Source: Candidatus Saccharimonadota bacterium | GTDB lineage: Bacteria > Pseudomonadota > Gammaproteobacteria > Enterobacterales > Enterobacteriaceae | Length of the DNA: 32,000 nt | Assembly: GCA_049942765.1 (NCBI GenBank) | Contig: CP188086.1 | Coordinates: forward strand, 360,001 to 392,000 | Direction: 5' to 3' | In this document: positions 16,958-26,637 of the stretch, piece after piece | How the letters are laid out: the number at the start of each line of letters is the position of its first letter | Position numbering within the stretch: position 1 is the stretch's first letter | Position numbers and translations under genes: made by a program | The notes under the pieces: model-generated | Database searches by the model: none | Seen by the model: only the letters and a program-made list of their open reading frames with translations | What the model was told of the DNA's origin: nothing

Positions 16958-19390
16958 TTAATAAAATTTACCTATATTAAATTGAATTTTTTCTATTTCA
17001 TCTGTATTATAATTACCTATAGGTTGAGCATAAGACAAAACCATTTCTCCTAAGATAGAGTGCCATCTTAATGACATTCCAAACGAACTATGAATATCTT
17101 CTGTCATTCCACCAGTATATAATAACTTATCATGATTAATATAATTATTAATCTTATTATCCCATACTGTACCTAAATCTAAAAATATAGAAGGGAAAAA
17201 TTTATTTTTTTGTCCATATCTCATAAATAACTTAGGAATAAATAAATCTATATTGCTTACAATTAAGTTATTTCCTCCTATGGAACGATGTAACGAACAA
17301 ATATTACTTATATTATTTGTCACACATGATAATCCTGATTTTTTACGGTTAACTAACTTGGGTCCAATACTATTTACAATAAAACCACGAACAGAGTCAA
17401 CACCACCTGCATAAAAATTTTCATAAAACGGTATTTTACCATGATATGACCAGGAATTAGCAATTCCTAACATAGAACGAAATAACAATCTAAAATATTT
17501 TTTATGATCTAAATATAAAGATTGATGTGTTTTTAATATAAATTTATAAAAATGATTATCTGATCCAGGGGTAGTAACTTTACCTACAACATCAAGAACG
17601 CTTTTAAACATATTATGATTTAACAAGTTATTATAACTATTTTTAAAATTAGTGTTAATAAAGAAATCATTGGAATCTTGATGAACATTGTTAACATATT
17701 GAAATGCATCTTGATAGGATCGAGAAGTACCAAAATGCAACACATTTGACTGAAGATTTCGTACCCCATGATGAACAAAACCATAACCTAATTGAAACTG
17801 ATTATGTCTATTTAATAAAAATTTTATATTAGATTCAAATCCATAACTTTTATTTACATAACCTAATGCTGGATCATATTCATTTTTTTTAGACTGATGA
17901 TAAAAAACTTGATGCACCCACATCTGTTTATTTGGTATCCAATATGGATTATTTAATAACATTTCTCCATAAACTTGATGACTATTATTTATAACATGTG
18001 CTTTTAATAATTTTCCTGAACCTAACCAATTATTGTTAGTTAAACCTAAATCTAAATTTAATCCTGTTTCTACACCATAACCAGCACTAAAATTAAGTGT
18101 AGCATTTTTTTTTTCTTTAATATGAAATATTATATCAATCATATTAGATTTTATATTAGTCGAAACAATATGAACTTTTATTTTTTTAAAAAAATTAGTA
18201 TCTTGTAATATTTTTTGTGCATAATAACATTTATTTTTATTAAAAATATCACTATTAGAAATACCTATTATCTTATATAAAAATGAATCTTTAGTATTTC
18301 GTATACCTCTAAAATAAATTTTATTAACAATAAAACGTTGTCCTAGAGAAATATCAATATGTAGTAAAATATTATGAGTATAATGATTAACATCAGTTCG
18401 GAAAGATACCTTAGCACGATAATAACCATTATTATGTAATTGATTACTAATCATATGTTTTAACATATTCATTTTTAAAACATCAAATACTTCACCATTT
18501 TTATAACTTACTATATTAATATATTTTTTACATATCGATAATAATTTAGAATGAAATATAATTTTAGATAAATAATATTTTTTTCCTTCATTTAATTTGA
18601 TTTCAACAGAAACAGTTTTTTTATTATGATCAACGTCAGTTTTAAAATCATTAATAGTAAAATTAATATATCCATGTTTTAAATAAAAATTTTCTAATAT
18701 TTTTAAATTTGATTGCATCAAAATAGGATTATATTTTTCTTTTATAAATAAATTATTCCATGAATCAACAAAATTTGTTTTTAGTAATTTTTTTATCTGA
18801 TATACAGAAAAATGTTTTACTCCTATCAAATTTATTTTTTTTAAATGATACAACATACCATCTTTTAAAAATATATGTATGTCTACACTATAATTTTTTA
18901 AAAAATGATAAAAAATAACAATTTTAAATTTTTGTTGACCTATTTTTTTATAAATACTCTCTATTTGATTTTTAAAAATATGTATGCTAAAGTTATTAAG
19001 ATGATTTCCTTCTGTTATATCTAAATCATTTAAATATTTTTTTAACATTTTTAATGAAAATATCTGTGTGTTATTTATAATAATATGAGAAATAATAGGT
19101 GTTTCATGAACTTGAAAAAGTAAAATGTTTCCACATAGAAACACTTTTATTTTATCAAACTGATGAGTGTGAAATAAAACATTAATTGCTTTTTTTATAT
19201 CTTTTTCTGATAGTAATTTATTTTTTTTAATTGTAATAATTTTTAACACTTGATATATAGATACATGATGTAATCCTTTAAATTTTATATCTTTAATAAA
19301 CCATTTATTGTTTGCAGAAACTACATTAAAAATACTAATAAAACATAGTATCAAAAATACGATCATTATTTTTTTTATTACTTTAATCAT
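16958..19390 (-). CDS. bamA: outer membrane protein assembly factor BamA (YaeT/Omp85)
   Basis: 810 aa, the same length as E. coli BamA. It has an N-terminal signal-like hydrophobic segment, POTRA-like repeats, a C-terminal beta-barrel with YENFYAGG..S.RGF and an aromatic C-terminus. Its position between frr and fabZ matches the enterobacterial cluster. Confidence 0.9.
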   Translation of the reverse strand: MIKVIKKIMIVFLILCFISIFNVVSANNKWFIKDIKFKGLHHVSIYQVLKIITIKKNKLLSEKDIKKAINVLFHTHQFDKIKVFLCGNILLFQVHETPIISHIIINNTQIFSLKMLKKYLNDLDITEGNHLNNFSIHIFKNQIESIYKKIGQQKFKIVIFYHFLKNYSVDIHIFLKDGMLYHLKKINLIGVKHFSVYQIKKLLKTNFVDSWNNLFIKEKYNPILMQSNLKILENFYLKHGYINFTINDFKTDVDHNKKTVSVEIKLNEGKKYYLSKIIFHSKLLSICKKYINIVSYKNGEVFDVLKMNMLKHMISNQLHNNGYYRAKVSFRTDVNHYTHNILLHIDISLGQRFIVNKIYFRGIRNTKDSFLYKIIGISNSDIFNKNKCYYAQKILQDTNFFKKIKVHIVSTNIKSNMIDIIFHIKEKKNATLNFSAGYGVETGLNLDLGLTNNNWLGSGKLLKAHVINNSHQVYGEMLLNNPYWIPNKQMWVHQVFYHQSKKNEYDPALGYVNKSYGFESNIKFLLNRHNQFQLGYGFVHHGVRNLQSNVLHFGTSRSYQDAFQYVNNVHQDSNDFFINTNFKNSYNNLLNHNMFKSVLDVVGKVTTPGSDNHFYKFILKTHQSLYLDHKKYFRLLFRSMLGIANSWSYHGKIPFYENFYAGGVDSVRGFIVNSIGPKLVNRKKSGLSCVTNNISNICSLHRSIGGNNLIVSNIDLFIPKLFMRYGQKNKFFPSIFLDLGTVWDNKINNYINHDKLLYTGGMTEDIHSSFGMSLRWHSILGEMVLSYAQPIGNYNTDEIEKIQFNIGKFY

Positions 19391-21101
19391 ACATTATATC
19401 ATCTTCTTATAGTAATTTAATGGATATGTTATACGATATATATACTCTTTATTTATTAATAAACATACAAAAAACTAATTGAACAATAACTATTTATATA
19501 TATAAATATAAAATATATTACATATAATGTTATACAGAATAATATCTGTTATATATAACAACAATATACATAAAAATATATCAACAATACTAAAAAAAAT
19601 AATGTATTGTTGTCTAACATATTAACAAAAAATCATAAAGTTTCTCACTATCGTAATAAAAAATAAAATACCACATATTTTACATTAATACTGATGTATT
19701 AAATACTAAGAAAAAACACGTTGTTTCACTATCTTAAATAAAAATAAAATTTTTTAATAACTATAAGATAGTTATCAACATTATTGATATACGTTACTAA
19801 CTTTATTTCATAAATATTTAAATTACGATATTATCGTATAATTTGAATAATAATATAATATCTACACATAATAAAACAGTGATCAATCAAAACATTTTAT
19901 ATGTAATAAACATACATAAATCATTATTTACACACTAAATTAATAAAAATAATATTTTTATTTATGAATAAAAATATGTAATGTAGTATAATTAAATCAT
20001 TATACTAATAATAAACTTAATCAAACTTAAAAAAAATATCTTTTTTTATTCATATTTAAATAATATCATATATCAAACACTATAATTTAATCTATATTAA
20101 ATATAATAAAATAAAAAATTAAATATATTTATCAATAAAAATTGATAAACACTAATACAAAAATAAAACCATAGTCAATGAAATTCAATCAAAAATCAAT
20201 AAATATAAAATATAAATAAAAAAATAATCAAACAATAACATTTATACGTAATAAGTATTATTGTCATTTTTTTTGAACTATATACTATTTTAATAAAAAA
20301 TAATATCTGAACACTGAAAAACAAATACCCTATAATTATAGGATTTATATTCTTTTAACTTTAATAGCTTTATACTAATAATATTTATTGTAAAATACAT
20401 TATATTAAAAAATCATTATATATTAACATAATTATCTATCAATATTAAAATATTTACAATATCACACATGATATACATAAACGTAGCACCATTAAAAATT
20501 AATTAGAAAACAATTAATTTTAAAAAAAATAAATATTTTATACAAAATAAATTTACATTAAATTAATATATGTTATATAAACTATAATAATATAAATAAA
20601 TATAAATCAAAAAATACAATTTTATCAATATAATTTATTTATCAATCAATAACAAATTTATTACTTAAAATATATTGAAAGTAAAAAACATAACCATTAA
20701 ATTAAATAATTTATAACACTATAATCCATTAATTGTTACAACATTTGTCAAGTATTCTCTAATATTAAATAGAAATATTTTCAAAAATAAAACAACTTTA
20801 TTTAACATAATGTACTAATTTTTTAAAAAACTTCAATTAGCATTTTTCTTAAAAATAGCAATATGATTAAATTATATATACCACTTTTTATATAAATTGA
20901 ACTTATATATTATATAATTAATAATGTTGTTATTTTACGAAACATCATATATATTATTACTTTATAATAAAATCTTAAAAAATAAAAAATAAATAATTGT
21001 AGAATATTCATTACTACAAATAATTAAAATAATTAAATCTATATTTTATTATCATTAACATAAATATTATTTATATTTAATTAATTTAAAAAGATCCATA
21101 T
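19391..21101 (-). other. 1711-bp ORF-free spacer, a presumed eroded remnant of the ancestral dxr-ispU(uppS)-cdsA-rseP interval
   Basis: The supplied track shows no ORF in any of the six frames. It sits between frr and bamA, which are separated by dxr, ispU, cdsA and rseP in E. coli. Five hand-counted 60-nt lines gave 33 G+C out of 300 nt. I could not establish any residual protein similarity by eye. Confidence 0.5.
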
Positions 21102-21659
21102 TTATATCAACATTAATTGTTCTTCTTTATCATACGTAATACGATCTATAATTTTAATACATTCATCAGTTAAACTTTGTATTTCTAATTGAGTTCTATA
21201 TTCTATATCCTTACTAATAATATTATTTTTTAATAACTTTTTAATTTGTTCATTGCTTACTCTACGAATGTTACGAATAGCTATCTTAAAATTCTCAGAA
21301 TCTATACGAACTAATTTAATAAATTTTTTTCTTCTTTCTTCAGTTAAGACAGGAAAAATAACATGAATAATATCTCCCAACATACTAACACTTACACCTA
21401 AATCAGCATTTAAAATAGATTTTTGAACTATACTGGATATAGATTTATCAAACAAATCAATCTTTAAAGTCTTAGAATCTAATATAGAAATACTAGATAT
21501 ATTTTTTAGCATTTGCTTTACACCAAAATAATCAATAAATACAGAATCTAATATCTCATGAAATGCTCGACCAGTTCTAATTTTACTAATATTTTTTTTA
21601 AACGACTCTACACATTGATTCATTTTTATTTTTGTATTTTTTTTTAGATCATGTATCAT
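21102..21659 (-). CDS. frr: ribosome recycling factor
   Basis: 185 aa, the same length as E. coli RRF and colinear with it. Conserved segments are M.QCVESFKKNISKIRTGRA, DS.TLKI..FD.S and PLTEERRK-like VLTEERRKKF. Confidence 0.93.
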   Translation of the reverse strand: MIHDLKKNTKIKMNQCVESFKKNISKIRTGRAFHEILDSVFIDYFGVKQMLKNISSISILDSKTLKIDLFDKSISSIVQKSILNADLGVSVSMLGDIIHVIFPVLTEERRKKFIKLVRIDSENFKIAIRNIRRVSNEQIKKLLKNNIISKDIEYRTQLEIQSLTDECIKIIDRITYDKEEQLMLI

Positions 21660-21794
21660 GATTTATCCCAAATAATATTTTTAAAAACATGAATATACAA
21701 TATTATTAATACTTATTATTGTATACTTATACATCAAGTAAAAATAATACATTTAATTAATGTAATAAGAATTGATATATCAACATAATTACTA

Positions 21795-22535
21795 TTATAT
21801 AGTAGTAGTAATTAATGTTCCTTCATTTTCTCCTAACATAATACGATGTAAAGCACCTGATTTATTAATGTTAAAAACTCTAATTGGTAAAGAATAATCT
21901 CTAGCTAAAGTAAATGCCGACAAATCCATAACTTGAAATTCATTTTCCAAAACCATACGATAAGTCAATTTATGATACATTACTGCATTTAAATTTTTTT
22001 CAGGATCTAGATTATACACTCCATTTACTTTTGTACCTTTTAATAAAATATCAGCTTTAATTTCAATTCCACGCAAACATGCTGCTGAATCAGTAGTAAA
22101 ACATGGATGACCTATACCAGCAGAAAAAATTACCACATGTTTATTTGATAACAACCTAATTGCTTTTTCATAATTATATACTTCACACATACCATTGATT
22201 TGAACTGCCGACATTAATCTAACGTTCATAGATGCTCTGTCCATAGCATCTTTTACAGCTAAACTATTTATAACAGTAGATAAAATCCCCATTTGATCAG
22301 AAACAATTTGATTGACCCCTAATTTTTTTAAATTTAACCCACGAAATAAATTTCCACCACCTATTACTAAACCAATTTCAACACCATAATTTACTAAAAT
22401 TTTAATTTCTTGGGCCAATCGATCAATAGATTTAATATCGATTCCAAATCCATTGGTTTTCTTTTGTAATGTTTGACCACTAATTTTTAATAAAATACGC
22501 CGATATATAAATTTATTTTTTTTTTGAATGGTCAT
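21795..22535 (-). CDS. pyrH: uridylate (UMP) kinase
   Basis: 246 aa. Conserved segments are [58 protein letters not shown] and GE.EGTLIT. It is colinear with E. coli PyrH. Confidence 0.94.
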   Translation of the reverse strand: MTIQKKNKFIYRRILLKISGQTLQKKTNGFGIDIKSIDRLAQEIKILVNYGVEIGLVIGGGNLFRGLNLKKLGVNQIVSDQMGILSTVINSLAVKDAMDRASMNVRLMSAVQINGMCEVYNYEKAIRLLSNKHVVIFSAGIGHPCFTTDSAACLRGIEIKADILLKGTKVNGVYNLDPEKNLNAVMYHKLTYRMVLENEFQVMDLSAFTLARDYSLPIRVFNINKSGALHRIMLGENEGTLITTTI

Positions 22536-22718
22536 TATTGTTAAAACCTAATAAAAATAAAAATACAATATATAAAATATATTAAATTTAAATATAAAAA
22601 TGAAATTTTACTGTATCATAAAACAAAAAAAAAGTAATTAACGTTATTTAAATAAAAATATTTATCATTATTTGCATAATAATTAATAATCATATCTTAA
22701 ACTAAACTATTCTTATAT

Positions 22719-23516
22719 TTAAAAACCTAATTCGAATCTTACAAAAGATTTTAACGTAATTGAATGTTTATTTAAAAACTCTTTAACCATTAACTTAGAA
22801 TCAAAAAGAAAATTTTGTTCTAACAACACAATTTCACTAATAAATTTTTTTATTTGACCATCAATAATCTTAGAATTAATGAAATCAGATTTATTATGTT
22901 TCTTTACAAGATCACGTTGAATAATCATTTCTCGATCAAGTATTACTGATGGTACATCCTCTAAAAATAAATAATCAGGTTTATTAGCTGCTATATGCAT
23001 AGCTATACTTTTAGAAAATTCATTGTTAACCACATTAGAACTAACTAATACACCAATACGATTCATATGACTATAAGAACTAATTTGATCACCTTGAATA
23101 ACAGATATTCGTTTGATAACAATATTTTCAGATATTCTAGACATTAAATCTAATCTTAATATTTCAAATTTATCTTTCAATATATTAATATCTGAAATAC
23201 AATTCAATGCAGAATCCTTTACAATTTGTTTACCAAAACGAATAAAATCCATGTTTTTAGATACAAAATCAGTCTCACAATTAAGTTCCAATACAGAACC
23301 AATATTACCTAATGTATATAAAAAAATCGCCCCCTGCAATGCCTGATTTGAATTTTTTTTTAATAATCGTGATAATCCATTTTTTCTTAAATTATCAATA
23401 GCTAATTCTAAATTTCCATGTTCTTCTAATAAAGCTCTTTTACATTCCATAACTCCTACACCAGTACGATTACGTAACTCTTTCACTAAACTTGCTGATA
23501 TGATACAATCAACCAT
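22719..23516 (-). CDS. tsf: translation elongation factor Ts
   Basis: 265 aa. It has the N-terminal UBA-like motif ASLVKELRNRTGVGVMECKRAL, plus E.NCETDFV and HIAA.KP. A GGGGAG Shine-Dalgarno sequence lies 7 nt upstream (23524-23529). It follows rpsB, as in E. coli. Confidence 0.92.
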   Translation of the reverse strand: MVDCIISASLVKELRNRTGVGVMECKRALLEEHGNLELAIDNLRKNGLSRLLKKNSNQALQGAIFLYTLGNIGSVLELNCETDFVSKNMDFIRFGKQIVKDSALNCISDINILKDKFEILRLDLMSRISENIVIKRISVIQGDQISSYSHMNRIGVLVSSNVVNNEFSKSIAMHIAANKPDYLFLEDVPSVILDREMIIQRDLVKKHNKSDFINSKIIDGQIKKFISEIVLLEQNFLFDSKLMVKEFLNKHSITLKSFVRFELGF

Positions 23517-23659
23517 TACTTTACTCCCCTATAACAACAAATAAAAAGACAATCTAACTAAAATCACAATTAAAAAAAAAAAATTAATAATATATTAAAT
23601 TAAAATTAAACATTATTTATAATAATAAATTTTAAAACACCTAAAATAACAAATAAAAA

Positions 23660-24352
23660 TTATTTTATATTGACTACTTGGTTTTGAGATAATGACATAG
23701 TAGTATGAATACTACTTAAATATAAATTTATTGCACGAGTAGCATCATCATTACCGGGAATAATAAAATCTATTCCATCAGGATTAGAATTGGTATCTAC
23801 AACTGCAAAAATAGGTATACCTAGGTGATTTGCTTCTTGCACTGCTATATGCTCATGTTCTACATCAATTAAAAATAGTGCATCCGGTAATCCACCCATA
23901 TTTTTAATACCACCTAAACTATTTTCTAATTTTTTTAATAATCTCAGTTTGATTAAAACCTCTTTTTTAGTTAATTTATCAAATGTACCATCTTGAGATT
24001 CTATTTCCAAATCCTTTAATCGTTTAATAGATTGACGTACAGTTTTCCAATTAGTTAACATACCTCCTAACCACCTATGATTAACATAAAATTGATTAAG
24101 ATCAACAGCTATATTTTTTATACTATTACTAGCTGCTTTTTTTGTTCCTACAAATAAAATTCTACCTTTTTTAAAAATAATTTTCTTTAATTCAACAATA
24201 GCTAATTGGAACATAGGTAAAGTTTTTTCCAAATTAATAATATGAACTTTGTTACAAGCACCATAAATAAATGGTTTCATTTTTGGATTCCAATAACGAG
24301 TTTGATGACCAAAATGAACACCTGCTTTCAACATATCTTTCATAGATACCAT
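23660..24352 (-). CDS. rpsB: 30S ribosomal protein S2
   Basis: 230 aa. Conserved segments are [52 protein letters not shown], and PDALF.IDV..EHIAV.EA..LGIP.FA.VDTN. A GGAGG Shine-Dalgarno sequence lies at 24363-24367. Confidence 0.96.
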   Translation of the reverse strand: MVSMKDMLKAGVHFGHQTRYWNPKMKPFIYGACNKVHIINLEKTLPMFQLAIVELKKIIFKKGRILFVGTKKAASNSIKNIAVDLNQFYVNHRWLGGMLTNWKTVRQSIKRLKDLEIESQDGTFDKLTKKEVLIKLRLLKKLENSLGGIKNMGGLPDALFLIDVEHEHIAVQEANHLGIPIFAVVDTNSNPDGIDFIIPGNDDATRAINLYLSSIHTTMSLSQNQVVNIK

Positions 24353-24820
24353 TATTAAAAAACCTCCAAATATTATACATAAAAACCACCATTAACATAA
24401 ATACAAATGATTTTGCATCATTTCATAGATCACTATCCCATGAACCATTCTAATGTATATTTCATAATAATAAATCATAGAATTGATGTTCTATTAATTA
24501 AATACACAATTAATTAATTCAATATTTTTAAAAAAATTGCCCTAAAATAGATATAATCTAAATTATTAGATGATGTATATACAATTAATAAAATTTAATA
24601 CATATTATCAACCTTTAATTGACACTTAATTTTTTGTTTAGTTAAATTATTACTATCGTATTTATGACTATTTAAACATTAAATCATATCACAAATTATA
24701 ACGAACTACATAATATATTGATATAGTATAAATAAAATATATATATAAATGTAACATAATTGTTTTATATTATTCACACTTTTATATATTCATATTACTT
24801 TAACACACTAAAATATAAAC

Positions 24821-25609
24821 ATGACTATTATAATCAAAACCAAAGAAGAAATTAAAAAAATTAAATTAGCATGTAAAATAGCTGCAGAAGTTTTAGAAAT
24901 GATCGAAGAATATATAATTCCTAATACCACCACAGAAAAAATCAATCAAATATGCCATGATTATATTACTAAAGTTAAAAATGCAAAATCTGCTTGCCTA
25001 GGATATCGAGGTTATCCAAAATCAATTTGTATTTCTATTAATGATGTAGTATGTCATGGAATACCGAATGAACAAAAAATAAAAAAAGGTGATATTGTTA
25101 ATATTGATGTAACCATACTAAAAAATCAATACCATGGAGATGCTTCTAAAATGTTTATCGTTGGACAGACCAGTATTTTAGGACAACGACTATGTAATAT
25201 CACTTTAAACAGTTTATATTTATCATTCAAAGTAATAAAACCTGGAGTACGTTTAAAAAAAATAGGTTGTACAATTCAAAAATACGTAGAATCAAATGAT
25301 TTTTCTATTGTAAAAGAATATTGTGGACATGGAATAGGTAAAAATTTTCATGAAGCACCACAAGTACTTCATTATAAAGGAGATGATCAAGGTGTTGTTC
25401 TCAAAGAAAATATGATTTTTACAATTGAACCTATGGTCAATGCAGGTAAAGCAGAAATTAAATTAATGAAAGATGAATGGACCGTAAAAACCAAAGATCG
25501 CAGTTTATCAGCTCAATATGAACATACAGTTTTAGTTACAAATAATGGTTGTGAAATTTTAACAAAACAATCCAAAGAAAATATATCTAAAATTTTCATT
25601 AATGAATAA
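24821..25609 (+). CDS. map: methionine aminopeptidase (type I)
   Basis: 262 aa. Conserved segments are SACLGY.GYPKS.CISIN.VVCHGIP, GDIVNIDVT, EYCGHGIG..FHE.PQVLHY, FTIEPM.NAG and SAQYEHT. All metal-ligand blocks are present. It is divergent from rpsB, as in E. coli. Confidence 0.95.
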   Translation: MTIIIKTKEEIKKIKLACKIAAEVLEMIEEYIIPNTTTEKINQICHDYITKVKNAKSACLGYRGYPKSICISINDVVCHGIPNEQKIKKGDIVNIDVTILKNQYHGDASKMFIVGQTSILGQRLCNITLNSLYLSFKVIKPGVRLKKIGCTIQKYVESNDFSIVKEYCGHGIGKNFHEAPQVLHYKGDDQGVVLKENMIFTIEPMVNAGKAEIKLMKDEWTVKTKDRSLSAQYEHTVLVTNNGCEILTKQSKENISKIFINE

Positions 25610-25716
25610 AAAATAATAATTAAATTCTTTAATAACAATAAATTTTTATAACACTATTCTTAATTGTCAACTTCCTAAATAACGTTAGTACATAAAGAAT
25701 TACCGGGTAAAACATC

Positions 25717-26541
25717 ATGAATCATTATAAAGCTATAATAGAAAAACTATTTATTGACATTAAACACCCAACTAACAAAAAAATTTCATTATCAGAAAAA
25801 AATGCTGTTTTACATACCATAGATATGTTAAACAAAGGAAAAATAAGAGTTAGTGAAAAAATCAATAACCAATGGATTACACATCAATGGTTAAAAAAAG
25901 CAATTTTATTAAACTTTCATATCAACAAAAATACGATATCCATTAATCACCCTCATACTTATTATGATAAAATTCCATTAAAATACACAGAATACACTCA
26001 AGAAAAGTTTGAAAAGGAAAAAATCAGAGTAGTACCACCAGCTACAATTCGATATGGATCCTTTATAGGAGAAAATACAATTTTAATGCCTTCATATATT
26101 AATATAGGAGCATATATTGATAACAATTCTATGATAGATACATGGGCAACTATAGGATCATGTGCTCAAATAGGAAAAAATGTACACATATCTGGAGGAG
26201 TAGGTATAGGTGGAGTACTCGAACCATTACAACACAATCCCACTATTATTGAAGACTATTGTTTTATTGGAGCTCGTTCTGAAATTGTCGAAGGTGTAAT
26301 AATTGAAGAAGGATCAGTAATTTCTATGGGTGTATTTATTGGACAAAGTACAAAAATCTATGATAGAAGAAATAACACAATTTCCTACGGAAAAATTCCA
26401 AAACACTCAGTTGTAGTATCCGGTTCTTTACCTTCTAAAATAGGAAAATGTAATTTGTACTGTGCTGTTATAGTAAAAACAGTAGATAATAAAACCTTAA
26501 AAAAAGTAGAACTAAATCAATTATTGAGATCTATTCAATAA
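25717..26541 (+). CDS. dapD: 2,3,4,5-tetrahydropyridine-2,6-dicarboxylate N-succinyltransferase (lysine/DAP pathway)
   Basis: 274 aa, the same length as E. coli DapD. It has the hexapeptide-repeat left-handed beta-helix region ([56 protein letters not shown]), which is colinear with E. coli DapD. Confidence 0.93.
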   Translation: MNHYKAIIEKLFIDIKHPTNKKISLSEKNAVLHTIDMLNKGKIRVSEKINNQWITHQWLKKAILLNFHINKNTISINHPHTYYDKIPLKYTEYTQEKFEKEKIRVVPPATIRYGSFIGENTILMPSYINIGAYIDNNSMIDTWATIGSCAQIGKNVHISGGVGIGGVLEPLQHNPTIIEDYCFIGARSEIVEGVIIEEGSVISMGVFIGQSTKIYDRRNNTISYGKIPKHSVVVSGSLPSKIGKCNLYCAVIVKTVDNKTLKKVELNQLLRSIQ

Positions 26542-26586
26542 AAGCAAAAATTCAAAAATATATGAAGTATTAAAAATAACTTTTAG

Positions 26587-26612
26587 TCCGCCAATACTTA
26601 TTAATTGGCGGA
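26587..26612. terminator. GC-rich hairpin between convergent dapD and degP (likely bidirectional terminator)
   Basis: tccgccaat (26587-26595) pairs perfectly with attggcgga (26604-26612) around an 8-nt loop (acttatta). It is the most GC-rich intergenic element in the window. The flanking U-tracts are weak on both strands. Confidence 0.6.
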
Positions 26613-26637
26613 TATAATCTTAATAATAAATCAATAC

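Noticed and set aside
19600-19690. Possible UppS C-terminal relic: minus-strand frame MWYFIFYYDSEKLYDFLL versus E. coli ..LWQIAYAELYFTDVLWPDF
   Set aside because: The match needs gaps, covers only a handful of residues (W, E, LY, F), and is interrupted by stops. That is not distinguishable from chance by eye, so I list the spacer only as a presumed remnant and not as a named pseudogene.
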